Positions 41,156 through 51,257 of a DNA stretch of 64,000 nucleotides are shown here, piece after piece. A program made the translations under genes and the position numbers. Each line of letters opens with the position of its first letter. Position 1 is the stretch's first letter. The stretch is from an uncultured Armatimonadetes bacterium. GTDB taxonomy: Bacteria > Armatimonadota > UBA5829 > DTJY01. The stretch covers positions 640,001 to 704,000 of the forward strand of contig OY970325.1 of assembly GCA_963717145.1 (NCBI GenBank). The letters run 5' to 3'. The notes under the pieces were generated by a model. It made no database searches. It saw only the letters and a program-made list of their open reading frames with translations, and had not been told where the DNA came from.

Positions 41156-43339
41156 CTACGGATGCCTGAAGCTGAGTTTCGTGAGCGAGTGCGCCGGGAA
41201 GGCGTGGGTCATCCCTCCCGGCTTCGACTTCGCGACAGTCTTCTTGATCTTCACGACATCCGGGTTGCCCGGACTGTTGGCGTCGAGGTAGCTCTTCGAT
41301 GTGAGCGTCTCGATGACGGTCCGTGAGCCGGCCTCGAAGCCGTGGAGCGCGACCTCAGCGGTGATCGCCTCTGACGGATGGCGGTTGGTCACGAGCACGC
41401 ACAGTGCCTTTCCCGAGTCGTCAAGAAGAGCGACCGCGTCGAGATATGGAGCATCCGTCACGGCCGGAACTCCGGGCAGTTCCTCGATGTCGTACATCGG
41501 CGTGGTGATGCTCAGATGGACGGGCAGGCGTCCGTGCTGAGTCGCGTACATCTTCCGCGCTAGAAACACCGGCTGCTCGCAGACCACCTGCCTCCACTTC
41601 GCGAGCCCTCCGCCGTGATTTACCAGCGCGGAGTGCGTGATGATCTCGACCATGCCGTTCGTTCTGACCGAGGCGTTCACGATTCCGGCGTAGAATAGCG
41701 CCTCGGACAGGTTGACGTTGTTGGGCAGGCCGCCCTTGTTGGTGAAGATCTGCAGCTCGGTGATGGCGATCTTCGGGTCAGGGTTGCCCACATCCGACAT
41801 CTGCTTGCCCATCGCGCGGAGGTGACCTTCGTACCAGTGGGTGTAGGCCAGGAGCGACCTCAGCGCGGTGTCGGGAGGAGTCTCCTCGGGGATCGCGTCT
41901 CCGATCAGCGTGTGGATCGAGAGCGAGCGCACATCCTTCCCGTTCTTCTTGAGGACTGGGACATTCCAGTCGAGGAACTCCCTGCCTAGGGCGATGAACT
42001 CGATGCTCGGATCGACCGCGCGCATGGCGTCGCAGAAGAGGGTGTATCGGTTGGCATACTCATCCGCCGTGCAGTGGCCGATCTGCCAGTCGCCCCAAAG
42101 CTCGTTGCCGACCTCCCAGTACTTCACGCCATACGGCTCGGGATGGCCGTTCTTCGCACGGAGCTTGCCGTATTCGGTGTCCGCCGAGCCGTTGCAGTAC
42201 TCGACCCACTGAGCGGCCTCTTCGGGGGTGCCGTTTCCTGCGTTGATGCAGATCAGCGGATCGCAGCCGGTGATCTCGCAGAAGGCGAGCCACTCGTCCG
42301 TCCCCACGTGGTTCGGCTCATCGCCTCCCCATGCGGGATTCCTGCTCATCGGGCGGCCGAACGGATCGACCCTCACCCCCGACCCCTCTCCCTCAGAAGG
42401 GCGAGGGGAGTCCGCGCCGGACCACTCCCCTCGCCCTTCTGAGGGAGAGGGGTCGGGGGTGAGGGTCCGGGTGGTGTCAATGCCGTCCTTCCAGTGGTAG
42501 CCCGATACGAAGTTCCCGCCGGGGAACCTGAGCATGGTGATCTTCGAGTCCTTGACCAGGCGGACGATTTCCGGGTCGAAGCCCTCCATGTGGTCCGCGG
42601 GGAAGAGGAGACACTGGTCGAGCAGGAGCGTACCGGGTTTCCCCGCGCCGATGGTGAAGAGCAGCGTCTGAAACTTCTCAACGTACCTGGTGTCGATCTC
42701 GAAAAACGACTTGAACTGCTGCCATTCGCTTCCGATGCCGTCGATCTGAATCCCAGCGATCGCATTGCCCTCGGTGGTACGGATGGCGAGGTAGAGTCCG
42801 CCGATCGTTCCCTTCGCCCAGAAGCTGACCTCGTACTTGCCGGTTCGATGAGTCGGCAGAGTGATCGGCTGGAGGATGCCCACCCACGAACTCTCGAGGC
42901 TGCGGATCTCGATCTTCTGCGCCTGATCGGAGTTCACGCGATCGTCGGACGGAGAATAAGTGACGTCACCCTTACCCCATCGTCCCCAGAAGCACGCGAC
43001 GCCGGCCTTGAAGCTGTCGAGAAGGCCGTGTTCGTTCCGCCCGAGCCGCCTCTCGACGCCGGCGTCTTCCTCCCAACTGAAGTACTTCGCCGGCTCGAAG
43101 CCCGTGTTGTCGAGGAGCTGAGCCCACGCGCCTCCGTAGACGTTGCTGCCGAGGTGCTCGGTGAACTCGCCGAACAGGTATGGCGAGATCGGCTTCTCGG
43201 CCTTCTGCGCAACGTTGATCTCTATGCGGGCGTTCTGCCCCGCGACGAACTCGACGATCGGCTTCGACTGCGATGCGCGCATAGTTGTGCCTCCAAGCAG
43301 GAATGATGTCAAGACAAGGAATGCGAGTCTGCGGATCAA
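41156..43339 (-). CDS. GH51 alpha-L-arabinofuranosidase with in-frame palindromic insertion
   Basis: FGEFTEH, LRFPGGNFVSGYHW, GTDEW, YWEVGNE and PAHSLT motifs. Confidence 0.9.
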   Translation of the reverse strand: MIRRLAFLVLTSFLLGGTTMRASQSKPIVEFVAGQNARIEINVAQKAEKPISPYLFGEFTEHLGSNVYGGAWAQLLDNTGFEPAKYFSWEEDAGVERRLGRNEHGLLDSFKAGVACFWGRWGKGDVTYSPSDDRVNSDQAQKIEIRSLESSWVGILQPITLPTHRTGKYEVSFWAKGTIGGLYLAIRTTEGNAIAGIQIDGIGSEWQQFKSFFEIDTRYVEKFQTLLFTIGAGKPGTLLLDQCLLFPADHMEGFDPEIVRLVKDSKITMLRFPGGNFVSGYHWKDGIDTTRTLTPDPSPSEGRGEWSGADSPRPSEGEGSGVRVDPFGRPMSRNPAWGGDEPNHVGTDEWLAFCEITGCDPLICINAGNGTPEEAAQWVEYCNGSADTEYGKLRAKNGHPEPYGVKYWEVGNELWGDWQIGHCTADEYANRYTLFCDAMRAVDPSIEFIALGREFLDWNVPVLKKNGKDVRSLSIHTLIGDAIPEETPPDTALRSLLAYTHWYEGHLRAMGKQMSDVGNPDPKIAITELQIFTNKGGLPNNVNLSEALFYAGIVNASVRTNGMVEIITHSALVNHGGGLAKWRQVVCEQPVFLARKMYATQHGRLPVHLSITTPMYDIEELPGVPAVTDAPYLDAVALLDDSGKALCVLVTNRHPSEAITAEVALHGFEAGSRTVIETLTSKSYLDANSPGNPDVVKIKKTVAKSKPGGMTHAFPAHSLTKLSFRHP
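42368..42467. repeat. ~100-bp palindromic element, copy 3, inside the GH51 CDS
   Basis: Arms identical to copy 1; encodes RTLTPDPSPSEGRGE...SPRPSEGEGSGVRV. Confidence 0.95.
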
Positions 43340-43439
43340 GGGTCCACCTTTCGGGCTATGGCTATGCAAGGGTTCAACGCCGGCCCGCCGTCTCCCTCCG
43401 CCCGTCCCCCATGAACCATCAACCATCAACCATTCCCCA

Positions 43440-44740
43440 TCATCCCCGTCCCCAGGCTACAAACATGAGCACGGCGGCGGCGCCCATCACCGCGAATGTG
43501 AACCAGCCGACGACCTTCGTCCATGGCCCGTTCAAGTATTCGCCCATGACCGATCGGTTGCCGCTCACGAGGAGCAGGATCAGAATCAGCGGCACGGCGA
43601 CGACCCCATTGATGACCGCTGTGTAGACGAGCGCCTTGATCGGGTCGATGTGGAGGAAGTTGATGGCCATCCCCGTCAGCACCGAAATGATCATGACCGC
43701 GTAGAACTGCGGCGCATCACTCAACTTCCTCGAGAGGCCCTCCCGCCACCCGAAGGTCTCGGAGAGCGCATATGACGCCGACCCCGCGAAGATCGGGACC
43801 GCCATCAGCCCGAGACCGATGATACCCAGCGCGAGATCCCCTCCGCGATCTTGCCGGCGTTGGCGAATCCATGGACGAGCGGCTCGAGTGCCTTTGCGGC
43901 ATCTGCGGCGGTAGCGACGTCGGTGATGCCCGCCTGATGGAGCGACCCGGCGGCGGTTACGATGATGAACCACGCGGCGATCTGAGAGAATGCCATGCCC
44001 GACCACGTATCGATCCGCATCTCACGGATCTCACGGCGCTCATCGTCATGGGATATCTCGCCTCGGAGGAGGCCCCTGTCCCTCGGCACGTGGCCTTTCT
44101 CGATCTCCTCCTCGACCTCCTGTGACGCCTGCCAGAAGAATAGATATGGCGAGATCGTCGTACCGAGCACGGCGACCATCAGCATCAGGAACTCGAAGGT
44201 GAAGGTGATCCGTGGGACGAATGTCGCGCGTAGAACCTCGACCCAGTTGTGCGATACGATGAAGCCGGTCAGAACGTAGGCGATCAGTGAGAGGGTCATC
44301 CACTTCAGGAAGCGCGCGTATGCTCGGTATGACACGAAGAGCTGCATAAGCACGGAGAACAGCGCGAAGATAGCTGTCAGGGAGAGGTACGGCAATGGGA
44401 TGAGGAGCTGAGTCGCCGCCGCCATCGCGCCTAGGTCCGTGCCGAGATTGATCGTGTTCGCCACCAGGAGCAAGCCGACGACGCCATATAGGATCGGCCT
44501 GGGGTAATGCTCGCGAACGACGCCCGCGATCCCCCTGCCGCTGACCATCCCGATCCGCGCGCAGATCTCCTGGACCGCCGCCATCATCGGCAGCATCAGC
44601 AGGATCATCCAAAGCTGGCCGTATCCGAATCGCGCGCCTGTCTGAGAGTAGGTCGCAATCCCCGAGGGGTCGTCATCCGCCGCCCCGGTGACTACTCCAG
44701 GGCCGATAATGCCGAAGAACCGTTTGACTTGCCGCCACAT
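43440..44740 (-). CDS. NRAMP-family divalent metal transporter, frameshift near 43835
   Basis: GPGVVTGAADDDPSGI and GTTISPYLFFWQ motifs; C-terminal half in ORF 43440-44006. Confidence 0.85.
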
Positions 44741-44781
44741 ACAAGGGTTGTACCCGTTCTGAGCGCGAGGACAGCAAGCGA

Positions 44782-45693
44782 CTATGCGCGGCTCCGCTCA
44801 TTGACCGTCAACCATGAACCATCAACCATTCCCTTCGGTGCTTCCATGCGGCACGTCTTGAGCGGGTTCACGACCTGGCATATCCGCAGATCGGCGAATG
44901 CGCTCATCCACATCGCCGCCTCCGCGCGCTTGAGGCCGAACCGCTTCTCAAGGAGGGTCAACATCTTCACGGTCGCATTGTGGGCGGCGACATCGAGGTC
45001 GGCATCGGACGCGATTGTGGCGATCACCTCATCGTTCTCGACTATCGGCGTGGGCAGTGAGACACCCTTGAGCACGCCGACCTCCAGCTCGACCGTGCCA
45101 TCGCACTCGACGCCGGTCGTGCAGATCTCGCCGTCGCCCATGAGGGCATGGAGGTCGCCCATAGAGAGGAGTCCACCGTCGACGAACACGGGCAGATAGA
45201 CCGTCGAGCCGGCGGTGATGAGCTTGCAGTCCATGTTTCCGCCATGCTCTCCGGGCTTCCCGGTGGGAACGGGCGCTCCCCTGGGCGCGGTGCCGATGAC
45301 GCCGATCATGGGGTTGATCGGGACTTGCAGCTTGTCCGAGAAGACGACCTGCCCGTCACGGATCGGGAGGATTCGGGTCTCGGCCTTACGTATCAGGTCG
45401 CGCAGCTCGCCCATCCCCGGCGACACGACCATCACCCCGGTCTCGGCGACGGTGATGTCACGGATGCGCACGGCCAGGATGTCACCCTTGACGGCGCCCT
45501 CGATGTAGATCGGCCCGGTCGCCGGATTGACGGTCCCCCAGAACTGCGGCCCGTACTTGTCGCGCTCGGACTTGATCCCGCAGTTGAAGCAGTCCCGGAG
45601 ATCGACGGTGAACCGCTCCCCGGCCCTCACCCGGGCGACCGGCCTATCTGATTTCGACAGCTTGTAGATCGGTGATTGGCAGGGAATGTGCAT
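44782..45693 (-). CDS. Acetamidase/formamidase family protein
   Basis: NPATGPIYIEGA, HGGNMD and GDLHALMGDGE motifs. Confidence 0.9.
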   Translation of the reverse strand: MHIPCQSPIYKLSKSDRPVARVRAGERFTVDLRDCFNCGIKSERDKYGPQFWGTVNPATGPIYIEGAVKGDILAVRIRDITVAETGVMVVSPGMGELRDLIRKAETRILPIRDGQVVFSDKLQVPINPMIGVIGTAPRGAPVPTGKPGEHGGNMDCKLITAGSTVYLPVFVDGGLLSMGDLHALMGDGEICTTGVECDGTVELEVGVLKGVSLPTPIVENDEVIATIASDADLDVAAHNATVKMLTLLEKRFGLKRAEAAMWMSAFADLRICQVVNPLKTCRMEAPKGMVDGSWLTVNERSRA

Positions 45694-45729
45694 TGTCCCC
45701 AACTCCCCCTCGACTTTCCTTCATGCAGA

Positions 45730-46674
45730 TCACTTGCCGTACTGGTAGGTGTACTCCCTCTTCTCCTGCATCTTCAGTTCCTGACGGCCTTCATCAGGAA
45801 TGTCCATAGCCATGGTGATCGTCCGATCGTTCGTCTCGGAGTAGATGAGCATCGTCTTCGGATCTATGACTCTCTCTCCACCGCCGGTAATCTTGACATC
45901 GACTATCTTCGGGGACTTCCCGGGGGCCGCTGACTCCGCAAGGCTGTCCATCACCGCCTGCATGAACTTCTGCGTGCCCTCAGCATCGGTCGTGTAGGAG
46001 AACGTGATGCGCACACAGTCCGCCTTGCCGGTCAGAACCCTCTCGGCGATCTTGGTCGTGGTATCGTAGACGATGGTGCCGAGCGGCAACTCGGCGGTCT
46101 GATCCTCCACCCAGGTGTCACCGATCTTCGCGGTCCGTCCGACAAATGATGCTATCCTCCCGTTCCATTCCGTGATCTCCTTGGCGATGGCAGCCTCTTT
46201 CATCCCGGGAAGAGCAGCGGCGAACTTCTCGTACTGCTCCGGAGGCATAGCTGACTTCAGTTCCTCTGTGAGTGCCTTGAATACCTCATCGAAGCCCTTG
46301 ACAGTGAGCATCTCCCCAAAGGAATCCAGATCAGACGTCACGACCACCTTCATCAGCCGGTCGACGATCGGGTTCGAGGGAAACTTCTCGCCGTTCCGTG
46401 TCAGGTCGACGGAGATTGGCGTCTGGATGAGCTTGTAGCCCTTTGCTGTCTTTCTGACGCCGATCTTGACCTTGGCGACACCGACATCGGTCTGAGTGTC
46501 CGACGGCCCCGTGCTCTTGATTTTCGTTGTCTTGAGCGTGATCGTGTGGGACGATGGCGTTGGCGGATTGAAGGTGAACGTGACCGAATCATCTTGGCTG
46601 CACGCCGGGACTCCCGGCATGATCGTCAACAGAGCGGCCGCAACCAAGCTGCAGACCATTGATCTCTTGTGCAT
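45730..46674 (-). CDS. Hypothetical exported protein
   Basis: RBS and signal peptide; coding-like composition; downstream of the symporter. Confidence 0.6.
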   Translation of the reverse strand: MHKRSMVCSLVAAALLTIMPGVPACSQDDSVTFTFNPPTPSSHTITLKTTKIKSTGPSDTQTDVGVAKVKIGVRKTAKGYKLIQTPISVDLTRNGEKFPSNPIVDRLMKVVVTSDLDSFGEMLTVKGFDEVFKALTEELKSAMPPEQYEKFAAALPGMKEAAIAKEITEWNGRIASFVGRTAKIGDTWVEDQTAELPLGTIVYDTTTKIAERVLTGKADCVRITFSYTTDAEGTQKFMQAVMDSLAESAAPGKSPKIVDVKITGGGERVIDPKTMLIYSETNDRTITMAMDIPDEGRQELKMQEKREYTYQYGK

Positions 46675-46694
46675 TTCCTTGAGCCCTCCTAAGG

Positions 46695-48423
46695 TTAGTC
46701 TTCTTCCAACCGCAGGTACCACGTGCGATAGAGCACAAGGCACGCGACGAGGACGATGGCCGCCGCATAGATCGCCTCGGTGAAGCGGTGGAGCACGAGG
46801 TAGATCGGGCACATCCACATCGCCGCGAGGCACGGGATGCCGATCACGACATTCCCGAGGTCGCGCTTGATCGTGGACGGCTTCGATGACTTGCACCCCT
46901 TGGAGACGCATCCCCAGAACCCCGCGGGCCGGACCGAGGTGTAGAACTTGGCGAGCGTCTTCTCATCCGTCGCCTCCGTCGTGTAGGTCACGATGATCGT
47001 AATGACCAGGACGATCAACACGATCGCCGGGAACGTCACGAAGAGCGCCAGTCCTGAGAGCGCCGGGACGAACGCCTGGATCAGCGAGAGCACCATCCCC
47101 GAGATCGCGCCCGCCGCGTAGCCCCATCCGTTCATCCGCCACCAGTACCAGCGCAGGACGTTCGGCATCAGCACCCCCGCGCCGAGCGTGCCCATGATCC
47201 ACGTGAACATCTGGTTGATCGAGGTCGCGAAGAAGCCGATGCTGATCCCCATCACGATTAGCAGCGCCGACGATACGTAGCTCGCACGAATGAGCGTCTT
47301 CTGAGAGGCGTCCGGGTTGATGTACTTATGATAGATGTCCTTTACTATGTAGCTCGCCCCGCCGTTGACGGTCGAGTTGAAGGTCGCCAGGAAGCCGGAG
47401 AGGAGCGCCGCGATCGCGAACCCCCTCAGCCCCGCCGGGAGCATCTGCTGGATAACCGACGGCAGCACTTTCTCGTGGTCCCTTGATGAGGACCGAGCGC
47501 CATTATGCCAAGGACTGCCAGTGCCATCGCCATCGGCCAGCGCACGGTGTGTATCACTCCCCACAGCGCCCCGAGCTTCGAGGCGTCCTTCGGGTTCTTC
47601 GCCGCCAGGAACCGCTGGAAGTCGTAGAGCTGCTCCGGCCCTGAGAGCGAGAGGAGCAGTCCCTTCATCACCCAGATGATCAGCAGCGCCCCGAAGAGCT
47701 GGTACGTGGGGTCGGCCAGTTCGGTGAGCTTCCACTCCGGGACGAGGCTGCCCCAGTTCGAGGGGACCTTCGCTGCCAACTGAGCCGCCGAGACGTGGGT
47801 GAATCCGAGGTATGCGATGACAATGGCCCCGATGCTCAGCACCGACGGTCTGGAAGATCTCGACCATCACCACCCCGTGGAAGCCGCCCATGACGACGTA
47901 GATCCCCGTGATGCCGATGATCAACGCGGCGCACACGTGCTCGCTGAACGGGAGGTAGACCGAGCCGAACTTTCCCATCCCGACCGCTCCGTAGGCGAGG
48001 AACGCGGTGATCGTGAGGACGGCGTAGATCGTGTAGGAGGCGCGGGCTGCTTCCCCTGCCTTGCCGCTCCCGAAGCGGGTCTCCATCCACTCGCTCCCGG
48101 TCATGACGCCCGAGCGTCGAATCCACTTGCCCATGTACGCCATGTAGAAGACGGGGATGATGAACCCCCAGATCCATTGCACCCACATCCCCTTCAGGCC
48201 GATGGTGTACGAACAGGCTGACGATCCACATCGTGCCGGTGATGTCGAAGTACGATGAGCTGCCGGACATCGCGAGCGCCCACCACGGAAGCTGACGCTC
48301 TCCGAGGAAGTAGCTCCCGATGTTCTTCGCGGCCCGGCGCTTCATCCACATGCCGAGCGTGATGACGACCGCGAGGTATGCGACGATGATCGTGATGTCG
48401 ATGGTGCTCAGCCGAATGTCCAT
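46695..48423 (-). CDS. Sodium:solute symporter (three frameshifts near 48205, 47840, 47490)
   Basis: YFLGERQLPWW, SYFDITG and QRFLAAK motifs spread over three frames. Confidence 0.8.
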
Positions 48424-48508
48424 GCTTGTCTCCATGACGAGTGATGGGTAACCAACCAAATCAGAGTTCCATCAACAACGCTCGGCTTCCTGCCGAATCA
48501 CGGTGCGA

Positions 48509-48955
48509 TTACAGAGCGAGTACTTCAGCCGGGGTCAGAGGGGTGATCTCAGGGAAGCGGGTGAAGTCGGCCGTATTCAGCGTGAGGATATGCGTGATCC
48601 CGTGGGAGAGCATGAGGGCCACGAGACGCGCATCGTGCGCCTGCCTTCCGAGCACCTTGTGCTCAGTCATAATCTGCAGCCATTGGGACGCTGTGTCCGA
48701 CGTGTCGGGGAGAAATGCGAACGCCGAGAAGATCCACGATGTCGACAGGGAGGTAGATTCGGCGGAAAGGCCCATACCGTTCACGTCGCGCGGACGAGTG
48801 GAAACAACCCAGTACTCGGCGAGCACCTGCATGCAGACACAGGGATCGTGATCTGAGCCATGAAGGAGATCAAGCGCTGCCACACATTCAGCATGCCGAG
48901 AGTCGGTATCGTCACGGACTCTCAGGAAGATGTTGGTGTCAATCAGGACCCTCAC
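48509..48955 (-). CDS. PIN-domain (VapC-like) toxin
   Basis: LIDTN, VLAEYW, HDARL and LTLN..DF motifs. Confidence 0.88.
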   Translation of the reverse strand: MRVLIDTNIFLRVRDDTDSRHAECVAALDLLHGSDHDPCVCMQVLAEYWVVSTRPRDVNGMGLSAESTSLSTSWIFSAFAFLPDTSDTASQWLQIMTEHKVLGRQAHDARLVALMLSHGITHILTLNTADFTRFPEITPLTPAEVLAL

Positions 48956-49191
48956 CGCCGTTCCTCGTAGAGGTTCTCGCGGCGCAGGGACTCATCAGAG
49001 ATCGACAGCCCCTTGATCGGGTCTGCCTTGAACTCCTCCCACGCCTTGCGGGCCATCTCTCGGTCCCACCGGGCTTCCTCCTTGGCAAGGTAAGAAGTCA
49101 CCACTTCCACTTCTTCCCCTGCCTGAAGGTCCACCGGTTCGTCCGGGACAAAGGTCTTGCCGTCATAGTGCGCGCGTATTCTGATGGCCAT
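48952..49191 (-). CDS. Antitoxin (DUF104/AF2212-like)
   Basis: IRAHYDGKTFVPDEPVDL motif; overlaps the PIN gene by 4 bp. Confidence 0.75.
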   Translation of the reverse strand: MAIRIRAHYDGKTFVPDEPVDLQAGEEVEVVTSYLAKEEARWDREMARKAWEEFKADPIKGLSISDESLRRENLYEERR

Positions 49192-49209
49192 CGATTTCAC
49201 CTCCGCGGG

Positions 49210-49773
49210 CTACTGGCTCTGCAGACGCTCAAGAACCGGATGGGCCACGTCGTAGATCGCGTCCATGTACTCGACAAGGCGCTCGGCAATGTACCCGACA
49301 TCGTCCCGATCTATCGCTTTCTTCTCGCCGTCCATGACGAGGTGGTGCTGCTTTAGGTCCGCCTCATCGACCTCCAGGGTCTCATACACGCCACTCTCTC
49401 GCAGTGCAGCGCTGATCTCCCTCTGGAGTTGCTTAAGATCGCCCGGCTTCACGCCCCGTCCGCCCTCTACGTCAAAAGCTATCAGAGCTTTGCCCTCGAG
49501 ATCGCCGTATGCCTCATTGGCGAACTCCTTGCCGTCTCTAGATACCTGGAAATGCAGAGTCCAGTTGTCCAGGCAGACCTGAATCGAGAAGTCATAGAAA
49601 TACACGGCAGCGGCGCGCCGTACACTCCATCCGTGGCTGCTCAGTAGTGGCCGCAACTCATCCCATACCCTCTTCTGCCAGGTGGATCTTGGCAGCAGGC
49701 CAAAACTCGGATCTCGGGGGAACGTCTCGGGAAAGCGCAGTTTCCCACTGACTGCTTCTGTTGTGCTAGTCAT
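49210..49773 (-). CDS. Hypothetical protein
   Basis: 187-aa ORF with RBS and TGGTATAAT upstream; possibly co-transcribed with the TA pair. Confidence 0.6.
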   Translation of the reverse strand: MTSTTEAVSGKLRFPETFPRDPSFGLLPRSTWQKRVWDELRPLLSSHGWSVRRAAAVYFYDFSIQVCLDNWTLHFQVSRDGKEFANEAYGDLEGKALIAFDVEGGRGVKPGDLKQLQREISAALRESGVYETLEVDEADLKQHHLVMDGEKKAIDRDDVGYIAERLVEYMDAIYDVAHPVLERLQSQ

Positions 49774-49855
49774 TCATTCATCTCCACTCTTGCCTGCCGT
49801 GACATCAGCCGGCACAACCATTATACCACATGACGCAAAGTGAGCGTCGAAACCC

Positions 49856-51217
49856 CGAATTGCTTCACGAACGATGTTACCGAAACGGAAACGTTGCCTC
49901 AGATAAGAATGTTACCGAAACTGAGGCATGGAGAAGATGACAACTGCATCCGTAAGAGAAGTCGTGAGGCGCAAACGCAAAGAATATGGCAAAGCCACCA
50001 AATCGGAGAAGAAGCTGGTATTGAGTGAAGTCCAGGGATTGACCGGTTACCACAGGAAGTCGCTGGTGAGGCTGTTCGCGAAAGGAGTTCCACCAGCGAG
50101 GAGTCCAGTGAGACGCGCAAGGAAGTCGAAATACGAGCCGATAGCCCACAAGCTGAAGACACTCTGGGCTGCGAGTTTCTACGCGTGCGGTAAGCGTCTG
50201 CAGCCGTTTCTGACTGAGTTTCTACCCATACTGGAGTCATTCGGGGAGATAACGGTTACACCAGAAGAAGAGAGGCTGCTTAACTCGATCAGCGCGTCGA
50301 GCATCGACAGGTTGATGAAGAAGGAGCGGTCTGCCCTATCGCTAACAGGGAGGACCTTAACAAAGCCGGGGACACTGCTTCGGTCTCAGATCCCGGTGAG
50401 GACGTTTGCCGACTGGGATGAAGCTGAGCCTGGGTTCTTCGAGATGGACTTGGTGGGTCATTGCGGAGGTGACGGGAGCGGAGAGTTCCTGTATACTTTG
50501 ACTATGACTGATGTAGCGACCGGATGGGTAGCGCTTGATGGAATGAAAGGCCGAGGGGAGCACGGAACCGTGCTTGCGGTGCAGTCCGCGTCCAAGAGCG
50601 CACCGTTTGCAGTCAGAGGCATAGATACCGACAACGGCGGCGAGTTCATCAACCATCACATGAACAAGTACTGTCGAGCGCACAGGATCACGTTTACGCG
50701 CAGTCGGCCTTACAAGAAGAACGATCAATGTCATGTAGAGCAGAAGAACTGGAGCGTAGTCCGGCAGTTTATAGGTTACCGGCGATTCGAGACGGACGAG
50801 CAGCTTGCGGTACTAAAGGCGATATATCCGCTGATCGTGGCGTATCACAACTTCTGTCAGCCCATGATGCGTCTTAAAGAAAAGGAGCGGATTGGGAGTA
50901 AAGTGATCAAACGCTATGAGCCTGCGATGACGCCGTACCGCAAGCTGATAAGTGTTGAAGGATGGCTTGACGATGAAGCAAAGGATCGCCTCGATAAAGA
51001 ACGTAGAGCGACGAACCCGGTGGAGCTACTAAGACGCATCCACAGGCTATCATCAAAGCTTGACAGGATGCCGAATAAAGACAGATCGAAAGCGAGCAAG
51101 GCGCGGCCCTGAGCGGCGATCAAGAGCCGATCTGACATACTTGAACACACTACTTGGTAACATTATCAATGACGCAACGAATGGCGTTTCGGTAACAAAG
51201 TTAAATGAGGCAACACG
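49856..51217 (+). mobile_element. Complete insertion sequence (DDE integrase-core, ISNCY/IS481-like)
   Basis: Doubled TTGC.TCA-N-TGTTACC motifs inverted at both ends; AACCC duplicated at 49851-49855 and 51218-51222; lower GC. Confidence 0.85.
49928..51112 (+). CDS. DDE transposase
   Basis: EMDLVGHCG, DTDNGGEF and RSRPYKKNDQCHVEQKN motifs. Confidence 0.9.
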   Translation: MEKMTTASVREVVRRKRKEYGKATKSEKKLVLSEVQGLTGYHRKSLVRLFAKGVPPARSPVRRARKSKYEPIAHKLKTLWAASFYACGKRLQPFLTEFLPILESFGEITVTPEEERLLNSISASSIDRLMKKERSALSLTGRTLTKPGTLLRSQIPVRTFADWDEAEPGFFEMDLVGHCGGDGSGEFLYTLTMTDVATGWVALDGMKGRGEHGTVLAVQSASKSAPFAVRGIDTDNGGEFINHHMNKYCRAHRITFTRSRPYKKNDQCHVEQKNWSVVRQFIGYRRFETDEQLAVLKAIYPLIVAYHNFCQPMMRLKEKERIGSKVIKRYEPAMTPYRKLISVEGWLDDEAKDRLDKERRATNPVELLRRIHRLSSKLDRMPNKDRSKASKARP

Positions 51218-51257
51218 AACCCCACATCCCTCGGGTATTACGTGCTACAATAGACGC

